A stretch of DNA of 64,000 nt. It comes from Mantamonas sphyraenae STR306. Lineage: Eukaryota; Protista; CRuMs. The translations under genes and the position numbers were made by a program. The first letter of the stretch is position 1, and the number at the start of each line of letters is the position of its first letter. The stretch covers positions 1 through 64,000 of the forward strand of contig JAPMXV010000017.1 of assembly GCA_026936335.1 (NCBI GenBank), written 5' to 3'. The notes beneath the pieces were generated by a model, which was not told the origin of the DNA, made no database searches, and saw nothing but the letters and a program-made list of their open reading frames with translations. Positions 55,241 through 64,000 of the stretch are shown piece after piece.

Positions 55241-55424
55241 GGCCGTTGTGGATGATCAGAAACGGTTTCGCGAACGAAAGGACAAATCCCGAGAGAAAGA
55301 GAGAGGGAGAGAGAGGGAGAGAAACGTGTGAGAGAGTGTGTGATTGGCAGCGCAAGGGCAGGCAGGGAAATTAAAACAAGAGAGAGACACACACACACAC
55401 CACACACCACACACATAGGGTCAG

Positions 55425-55832
55425 ATGGGCAAGTTCAGTTCGGCGGTGTATGCGTCGACGGACGTACGGACCAGGAGAGAAAAACAGCTGTTTGTGTACT
55501 ACTGCGTGTGTGGGGAGCACGTGCTGATCACCGACCAGGTGCTGGATGAGCTCGGGGTACGTGAGGAAGACGACGCGAGTGTGTTGCACACCGACGAGTG
55601 TGTGGCCAAGTTGAGTCTGGTCGACGCCGGAGTGGTGGGTGTGCGACGAGAGGACGGCGTGGAGAAGCAGTGGCGCATGGAGTGTGCCAACTGCGGTCTC
55701 TGGGTCGCCTACCGCCTTCAGGAAGACAGTGCCACAGTGTGTTTGGTCAGTGGAGGCGCAGAAATGAGCAAATTGGACGCCATGAAGCTGAGGCAAGCCA
55801 AAGAAGCAGAGGCAGTGTCTGTGGAGCTGTGA
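55425..55832 (+). CDS. STEEP1: STEEP1/CXorf56 (UPF0428) family protein
   Basis: LFVYYCVCGEHVLI.D..L..L..R..D and RREDGVEKQWR..C..CGL.VAY. Confidence 0.85.
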   Translation: MGKFSSAVYASTDVRTRREKQLFVYYCVCGEHVLITDQVLDELGVREEDDASVLHTDECVAKLSLVDAGVVGVRREDGVEKQWRMECANCGLWVAYRLQEDSATVCLVSGGAEMSKLDAMKLRQAKEAEAVSVEL

Positions 55833-55891
55833 GAAGTGCTGAGAAGTGAAGCCGTGACGGCGGAAGCCGCGCCAAAGCAAAAACACAGGCA

Positions 55892-57161
55892 ATGCGCATT
55901 GCTCGTCTGTCCCTCCTTGCTCTGCTCTTGCTCAGTGTTGTCCCTCTGCTGTGCCACGCTGCCGATGGCATCAAAGCCTATGGTACGGACCGCATGCCCC
56001 AGTTCTTGTTTGATTGCCGAGGTCGAGCCACACTCACACAAGCACACACCGCATCGCCCGCAATGCCACACACACACACGCACGTACACGTGTAATGTCC
56101 CCTGCACCACATGAACCACATGTGCACAGGACAATGGGACAATGTGTTGAAGCGCAGCGTGTCGCGAGGTCACATCAAAGGTGTGGACCTGAATGTGTTT
56201 GACTACACACAGCTTCGTCAGGGTGACTCGGACTTTTCGGCCTTTGTCGACTACCTTGGAAGGTGTGTATTGCTCAATTGCCCCCCCCCCCACGCACACA
56301 TCCGCAACCTGTCGCTTCGATTGCATGTGTGATGTAACCGTGTGACCATGTCCTTGTGTGTGTTTGTACGGCTGACACGACCTTGCTCCTTTGCGTGAAC
56401 ACACGCTGCACCCTTCTGCACAGCGTGGACACGACGGGGTACAGCAACGCCAGCACCAAAGCGCTTCTAATCAATGCGTACAATGCATTGGCAGTCAAGA
56501 TGGTGGCTGACAACGGATGCCGCGTGCGCTTGGGCCGCTTCTGCTGGCCGCTGCGTTCGATTCGCGACGCAGCCGCCGTCTTTACCCCCGTCTGGAACCG
56601 TCCGGCGGGCAAGTTTGTCGGCCAAGTGGTCAGTTTGGACGACATCGAGACCCGTCTGCGTAACATGGGCGACTATCGCATCCACGCTTGTATTGTGTGT
56701 GCCTCTGTGTCGTGCCCCGATCTCCGTGACGAGGTGTTTTCCAGGTAAGGGTGTGCGTGTGTGGATTGACTCGTGATGGGCCCCTCTATTGTTTGTATTG
56801 TTTGTATTGTTTGTATTGTTTCGCTCACCACAACGTATGGCACACCCGCAACAGCGATCCGGTTGTGTTTGAGGCCCAGTTGACCAACCAGATGAACCTG
56901 TTCCTGAACAACACAGCCAAGGGACTGAAATTGGACAAGGATAGCAAAACCCTTACGCTTTCACCCATTTTCAAGTGGTTTGCCAAGGATTTCATCAAGG
57001 AAAAGGGTTCCGTGCTCAACTTCATCCTCGACTTTTACACCGATGCCGACGGCAACGCCTTTATCCGCCAGAACCAACACGACATCACCCTCGCCTACTT
57101 TACCTACAACTGGGATGCCAACGACCTTCGTGCCAGCACCGGTGTACCCAAAACACTTTGA
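55892..57161 (+). CDS. Secreted DUF547 protein (signal peptide, ~3 introns)
   Basis: MRIARLSLLALLLLSV signal; WDNVLK, FDY, ALLINAYNA, SLDDIE, RIHACIVCASVSCPDL, LSPIFKWFAKDF and YNW. Confidence 0.85.
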
Positions 57162-57210
57162 TTCATTCACGTGTTTCACCTTGTTTGTTTCATTTGACAA
57201 TCTCGCTCAC

Positions 57211-57223
57211 TCACTTGCTGTTG

Positions 57224-57264
<41 letters not shown>

Positions 57265-58526
57265 TCCACTCTCACCCACCTCCTTCTCGGCAAGCTTGAG
57301 GATGTTCTCCAGACCATGTTCAAGACCGTCGGTCACGGTTTTCTGCAGTGTTTTGCCATACAGGGAGCCGATGGAGCCTGTAAAGGCAAACTCGTGCCAA
57401 ATCAGCGTGTGGTAGGCACCATTGGACGTGTCCAAATCCTTGCCAAAGCGCAGGGTGACGCTGGGGTCCTCGTCGCTGGCCTGGATCAGCGCTTCCAACT
57501 CGTACAGGACAAAGGTGCACACCATCTTGCTGCCCGGAATGTTGGCAATGTATGTAAACTGGTGGCCGGGCACCACCTTGGTCAGCTCCGTCTTGAATTC
57601 CTTGCCATCCGTCATGACCACCTCCACCTCGGACCCGTTTTCAAACTCGTCGCTCAGCAGCTTGGCAGACTTGATGTCGGGATCCCACTCACTCCACCGT
57701 GCCGGTTCCACATACAATGGCCACAGCTGTTCCGGTGTGTACTTTGTCCGAGCCGTCCGTCGTTCACTGAAGCCCTTGGATTTCGAACGCCCGCGAACCC
57801 TTCCTCCGCCTCCGCTCAGCTGAGCAGACATCCGCTTTACCCGCTTAATCACATCCTGTGTGCACATCCATAGCCCACCAACCAGCGGAGAGAGAGGGTA
57901 TGTGTGTGACAATTGCGTGGAGTGTGGCCCCGTTCGTTCGTGTCCCATGTGTCAGCTCCTTTGCTCAAGAATTTCCTCCGCCGGTGTACTCTCTCTTTGA
58001 CGCAAAATCACTCACCGCAGTGCTGCCCGCGTTCTTCATCGTGTCTTTCAATTGCTGCATCCACCCATCCATGATCTCTCTCGAGTCTGCCGACAGGAAA
58101 AATGTGCTGTTTCGGGGGGAGATGGCCGGCACAGTGTGAGCTGGGGCAAGGGGGCACGGGTTCTCGACACATGTGGCCAAACGGATTCCTGGGTGTTTTT
58201 GCCTGCCAAACACACGCACTCCAGAGCAAGGGTATGTCCGGTGTGTGCATGTGTGCACGTGGACGACGCCTAGTGTGTGGCGATGCTTACCGATTGGGCA
58301 GCACGATTTCAAAGACGTGCTTGCGTCCGCTGTTGTCGGAGACGGAGACGGAGGTGGCCTCGTCAAGGTCAATCTCCCCAAGGGCCTTTTTGGCCACGTC
58401 GCCTTCTTTGGCATAATACAGCAGGACATTGCCCTGGAGTACGAACCATCTCCTTTTCCATCCCTTGTTGACGGCCCCCTGTTTGGTGAGGTAACCCGCC
58501 TTTGTGATGTCCTCGTTGCTGGACAT
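57211..58526 (-). CDS. PH-domain + SRPBCC/polyketide-cyclase (START-like) fusion protein (two introns)
   Basis: PH motifs KAGYLTKQG..KGWKRRWFVL and R|TFFLSADS...W; a phase-0 intron gtgagt...cacag joins them to PEQLWPLY....WSEWDP. Confidence 0.75.
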
Positions 58527-58713
58527 TGCCGTTTTCCCTTTTCTTTGGCCGCTCCAGTGCACCAGCACGAGTGACCTGAACACGGAGGAACAGGCAATCA
58601 CCTGAGGGGACGAAAGAGGTGTGTGAGGGTGGGAAATCATGGGGTCATGGTGATGGTGATGGAGCAGCTCGGGGGGAGCCAACAACGAGTTTTGTACTTT
58701 TGACTCCGCGGCG

Positions 58714-61170
58714 ATGGCATTCTGGCAATCGGAGGTGGCAGGAATGCTGGACCACATGCTGCGACATCGCCGTGTGTTGGATCCAAGTGGGAATGGGACT
58801 GTATGGGATGCAGGGGGAGGCAAGCAGGTGGTGGAAACGTTGTTGCAACGGTTCGACAACGCCCAACAGGCCACCCTCAAGCGTATCCAGACTCAGCTGG
58901 TCATCACACATGTGCGTGTGTGGAAGACTGTGGTTCAACTGCGCGATACAATTGCCACGATGCAATCCAATCCACGCAGTGACGCCCTCGACGCCGTTTT
59001 ACCCCGCGTCGAGGAACTGAGCGCCGAGTGGTGAGTGACGCCTCTCCCCACACACCCACACACCCACCACCCCTACCCCCCTCCCCCCCACACACACACA
59101 CATACACGCATGCACCAAAGGACTAACACCTTTGTGCACATGAATGACAGGCGTATGTGCCACACGTCGACGCGCAGGGCACGTCGACAATTCCCGCGTT
59201 TGCGTACGGGTGATCTGCTGTCCAACAGTGCCACGGTTGTCTCTCTCCACCGTCGCATCCACTCTGCATTGCATGACGTGATCCAATCCCTCAGCGCTCT
59301 TTCATGGCAGCTTGTGCAGAAGGCAATGACCCGTGTGTGTGGCAACCCCAACCCAGCCTCCTCCTCCTCCTCCTCCTCCTCCTCCTCATCATCATCATCA
59401 TCATCATTATCATCCCCACCCATCAACAACGTGGCTGCCACACTGGTGACTTGGGTGCAAATCAACACATCGCTTCGTGCGCTTCAATCGCACGCCAGCT
59501 GTGCGTACTGCAGCAGTGAGGACGACAAGGCCTCGTCCTCCTCTTCCCGCACTCATCGTGACACGCCGTTCCGCATGCCTCTCTTTCACATGTTGGACCA
59601 ACTAGCCAGCATGCGTGTGCATGCGATGTCCTCTCAACTGGCAGAGGTGCTTGGCGGCAGGGAGGAGGAAGCGGACGAGGTGGTGGATCTCGAACAACTC
59701 GCAGCCCTGTACGACGGTGAAAATGTCCTCGTCCACAGTATGCTTGCAGACGCGTGTGCACACACAGGTCTGCTCCAACACAACAATCCCTTTGCCAACA
59801 GTGCCCTTCTGGCATGCCAGGGCCTGCTTGCCGCCCTGCCGGTGTTGCCTGCCAAAAAGAAGACTGCCAAACCCGTGGCCCTAACCTATGCCACCCTACA
59901 GCAAACCTACCTCACATGTTTCTTTGGCCACGCTGCAGGCCACGTACGTGCGCGACACAGCTCGGTGGAACAGGCACTGGCCCAGTTGCACAGCGATGCC
60001 AGCGTCCACGCAGCCGGGCTTGCTGCCCAGTTGCACATTGTCGAGCAGCGAGCACGGCCCTCGGCCGCAGCCGATCTCATTGCACACGTGCAGCCACGCG
60101 TGCACGTCTGGCAGCAAGCACAGAAGAAGGAGAAGCTCAAGATGAATGACGACCATGACGACCATGACGATTCATCCGATGTGTCGCCTCCACTGTATGT
60201 GAACACCACGTATGCGGCTGCATTGGATGTGGTACAGCTGCACACGGCCTTCCTGGCACGCAGTGGCTTCCTTTCCGTAGAGGTGATTGCCAGTCTGGTC
60301 TCGGTGGTCAACGGCATGACTCAATGGTCCTGGTTCCACTACCAGCGCTACCCGTCTGGAGGCTCCACCATGCAGATGATGTGCATTGTGCATGCACACG
60401 TGCTCATGTGCGCCTCTGCCCTCGAGTCATGCATCGACACCGCAAGCCGTGTCGCGGCACCATCCTCCTCCTCCTCCTCCTCCTCCTCCTCCTCCTCTTC
60501 CCTCTCCCCGGCCACCTCATTTGCCAAGGAACACCTGATCAACCTGTATGGCATGCAACGTCTGCTGGTGGGCCTGATTGGCGAAAAGATAGGCCAAAAG
60601 GTGGAGGAGATGGTCTTTGCCATCATGCAGCAGCACGAATTGTCCGACGAGCGTTACTACGCCATGCGCACCGCACAGGACACATCCAGCACGTACGCAC
60701 AGACCATTGCCGACGATTTGCTGGAGCCTGCGGCACGTGCTCTCAGCCGTCTTGTGTACATGTCGCGTGTGGCCGTGCTCCAGGTCCTCCTCACACACAC
60801 CCATGAACTCATCTGTGCCTATGTGCTCTCCTCACAGCGTGCCTTTAGCGCTGCTGGCGTCGACCAGTTTGCCACCGACATGGCTGTGTTCTCCACGTGG
60901 GTGTTGGAGTGCGAGTGGGTCACTGCCGACGAACGCACCCTCCTCCTCGATCTCGACGTCTACCAACGCGTCGAAGCCATCCTCACCCTGCTTCACGGTG
61001 GACGTCGTCCCTCGGCCACCACCTCTCCCACCAGTGACCTCATGTCTCCCGGCGCCCTAAATGTCCACTTCCATCCAGTTGCTGGTGCCGCCACCGCAAC
61101 GTTTCCCCCCTCGGCTACCATCCGACTGGACGACGAAGACGAGTGGTTGGCCATGCGTACCAACAGGTGA
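58714..61170 (+). CDS. Helical protein; C-terminus reminiscent of CCDC142/CATCHR-type tethering subunits; intron 59031-59150
   Basis: ORFs 58714-59034 and 59035-61170 join by gtgagt...gacag; weak FS..G..QF..D motif. Confidence 0.55.
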
Positions 61171-61232
61171 TGGGGATGGGGAAGACGGTGTCGTGTGTGT
61201 CCATTGGCAAATGCAAAGATTCCATCAATCCT

Positions 61233-64000
61233 TCACTCCGCTTCCTCTCGCTTCTTCCTCGCTGCCTCTTCCCGTCGTGCACGCACTCGTGCTCGCATCT
61301 CTTCCTTTTTCCGCTCCCTCTCCTTCTCCGCCTCACTCATCCCATTGTCATTGCCCGCCTCACCTCCGTCGCCACTGCCATCCTCACCTCCCTGCTGCTG
61401 CTGTTTCGGCTGCGAGCTCCTACGTCTGCTGCGTCGTCGCACCACCAGGCCCCCGTCGTCGTCATCCCCAGACGCAGACGACACCATGCCCGATCCACCA
61501 CCCGCACCACCCGAAACATCGGCGGCTGTGGCTGCGCTGATTTCGCTCAGCACACTTGCCATGTTGCGCTTGGCCTGATTGCGTTCCTTCCGTGCCGTCA
61601 ACGCCTCCACCTGCGCCTGTTTCACCTCGCTCAACACACTGCTCATGCGCGTCGTGTGACCCTCCAACCCACCCAACTCCTCCTGCACCGCCTCCTTCTC
61701 CGTCATCGACGTCGCACTCGCACGCACGCTCTGTTCTCGCATTTGCTTGGCACGCAACGAACGTTCGCTCGTCGTCGTCCCTCCTACGCCGCTGCCGTCA
61801 CCACCCACACTCCCGCTGCCTCTACGGCCGTCGCCTCCCCTCTGACTCTGGCCACCGCTGCTCACACTGCCACGCGGGCTCATTCCTCCTCCTCCTCCTC
61901 CTCCGCTGCTGTTGCTGCTGCCACGCCTGGACGCCGCTGTGCTCACGCGTCGCGTGCGTCCCGTGCTCTGCAGCTGCGACACCACCAGATTCATCTTGCG
62001 TTGGTTGTCCCTCCGCTCCAGCGACTCCTGCTCCTTGCGTTTGGCCTTGGCCTTGACCTCGTCCAAGACCCCTGCCATGGATGCCACCTTGTCCTTCTTT
62101 TCCCGATCTCCTGCTGCTCCCACCATCCGTGTCACCTTGTCCACCTTCTCCGCCTTGCCCTTCTCCGCCTTGCTGCGCAAATCTTCCTTCATCCGCTCCA
62201 GCCTTGCTCGTTGCTCCGCCTCCTTCGCCGCCCTCTCTGCCTCCCTCCGTGCCTCCTTCTCCTCCTCCTCCTCCTTCAACCTGTCCGCCTCTGCCTCGAA
62301 TGCCGCCCGCTTGGCCGCCTTTGCCTGTTCGCCACTCTCTGCACGCGACAACGCCGCCTTCTCCTGCTCCAGTTGGCCTTTGCCTGCTCCTCCAGCAACT
62401 TCTTCCGCTTTTCCATCACCTTTTGCCTCGCCAGCTCACGCATCTTTTCCGCTTCCACACGCTTGCGTTCCCTCTCCTCCTCCTCCCGCTTGCGTTCCTC
62501 CTCCTGGGCCTTGCGCACCGCTGCCATCTGCTCCCGTCGCTTCTCGGCCTCACGGATCTTTTCGATCGTCTTGGCCACCTTGGGCGACTCGATGTGCAAC
62601 TCGCCGATCAGTTGGATCAGTTCGTCGCATCGCACGTCGCCAAACTCCTTGTCGTAGTGCAGGTCGCCGTACTCGTCCTGTGTGTTGCGTTCAATCTCCT
62701 CCCCCTCCTCACGTGCCGTGCGTCGATCCATCCACAGCAACACGTTGGCAATGTTTGCGTGCGACATCGCCTTGATCGCCTGGCCCAGACGATGCTTGCG
62801 CGACGCAAGCACACTCGCCATGCCCATGTCCAGGTGCGGACCCCCCTCCGCATCCTCCTGGTCCTTCTGCGACGCTGCCGCCACCGCTTCCATCTCCCGA
62901 CGCCTGCGTTCCTTCAACACACGCTGCTTTTCCATCTCCTGCAACTCTTCAATCGTGTGTTCGCCACCCTCGCCGCCATCCTTCTTGTCGCCTCCTCCAC
63001 CTCCGCCACCTCCGCCGTCTTTCTTGCCATCGCTGCTGTTCAACGACTCTTGCAACTCCTTCAGGTTGGCTTCCAGGGTGGCCACGCGTGCCAGGGCCTC
63101 GGGGGTGCCGTCGCGATCGGCCACAGCCCGTGCCTGTTCCAGCGACTTGCGCAGCATCATGAATTGCATCAGCTGTTCGCGTTCCCGCTTGAGATCGCTC
63201 ATCAGCTCCTTGCGCGTCACAATGCGCTCGTTGTTTTCCTTCTTCTGCGCCATCAGCTCCTTCATCAGCTCATCCTTGGTCTTGGTGCGTGGTCCCGTGT
63301 TCTCAAACTTGGGCTTCTTGGGCTTCTTCTTGCGTCGTCGTCGCGTGTACTGCGCCATCAAATCCTTCCTCTTCTGCTTGGCCGCCTCTTTCTCCTTCTT
63401 TTCCTTCTCCTGCGCCCCCAGCGCCTTCTTCACCCGTCGGCTGCCCGTCGTCGCGCGACTCATGCGTGAGTTGACCGACATGGTGTCACTCGTGTCGCTC
63501 ACGTGCGATTGCGCATCGTCATCGTCGTCCTCCTCGCCATCTTCGCCGTCCTTGCCCTCGTCGTCGTCGTCGTCATCATCATCCCCGCCACCACCGCGCT
63601 TCTTCTTGCCATCCTTGCCATCCTTGCCCACTTTGACATCGCGTCCCGTGGCCACACTCAGAGCATTGGCCATCAGCTCTGCAATGCGCAGCTCCTCTTC
63701 CGCCTCTTCCAATTCCTTGCGTCGTTCGTACTCTGCACGCTCACGCTCCAACTTCAGCTGCGCCTGTCGCTCCAGCTCCTTCTTGCGCTCGCGTTCCCGT
63801 TTGCGCTTCGCCTCGATGCGCTTCTTGCGCTTGCGCTCCAGATCCTGGCGCATTTCGTTCTGCAGCTTCGTGGAGAACGTTTTGGCCTTTTCGTCCGCCT
63901 CTTTGCTCTGCAGCATCTTGGCCGCCTTTTCGGCCAGATCCTGGGCCTTTTTGCGTTTGTGCTCCGCCATGGCCATTTCCACTCGCTTGCGCTCCTCGTC
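61233..64000 (-). CDS. 3' part of a large charged coiled-coil protein that extends beyond the window; probable frameshift ~62373
   Basis: ORFs 62276-63982 and 61233-62351 are E/K/R-rich; adding one A (GCC AAA CTG GAG) restores a single frame. Confidence 0.75.

Noticed and set aside
56787-56822. (tattgtttg)x~4 minisatellite
   Set aside because: Short intronic slippage repeat with no evidence of function.
14240-62380. Euplotes-like programmed ribosomal frameshifting
   Set aside because: Shifts go in both directions, lack a common slippery-plus-stop motif and mostly sit in homopolymers.
1-64000. tRNA, rRNA, transposase or viral genes; alternative genetic code
   Set aside because: None recognised by eye. 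TAA and TGA terminate conserved genes normally and no conserved gene needs stop readthrough; a tRNAscan/Infernal run would be needed to exclude small RNAs.

Overview
Left end of a chromosome of a compact, GC-rich, intron-poor eukaryote, most likely a protist (lineage cannot be assigned from sequence alone). Introns are GT-AG with CTGAC-like branch sites. The window opens with a (CCCTAA)n telomere (1-216), followed at once by a ~15.5 kb subtelomeric accessory island. The island holds two intact copies and one truncated copy of a family of putative nuclear proteins that I do not recognise. These proteins are built from tandem ~376-aa A/B modules; the A module resembles a lambda-repressor/POU-specific-type HTH, and between-copy variation concentrates in three short patches, one on the predicted recognition helix. 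The island also holds a Crinkler/RHS-like NTPase+REase gene and an LRR-ankyrin gene whose 3' end also survives as a remnant between the tandem copies. From ~16 kb onward are tightly packed housekeeping genes (TMEM43, fumarase, NOL12, GET4, RFT1, RPS29, NDUFAF5, STEEP1, DUF547, C2/WW, DysF peroxin-like, CruF-like, VLRF1, PH-SRPBCC). Among them are two paralogous ~1750-aa membrane proteins, each with four adenylyl-cyclase-type membrane modules and two degenerate cyclase-like domains; their cytoplasmic parts are ~99% identical while the membrane parts are strongly diverged. About a dozen small frameshifts, mostly at short homopolymers, are probably assembly errors. All family assignments are by eye; no searches were run.
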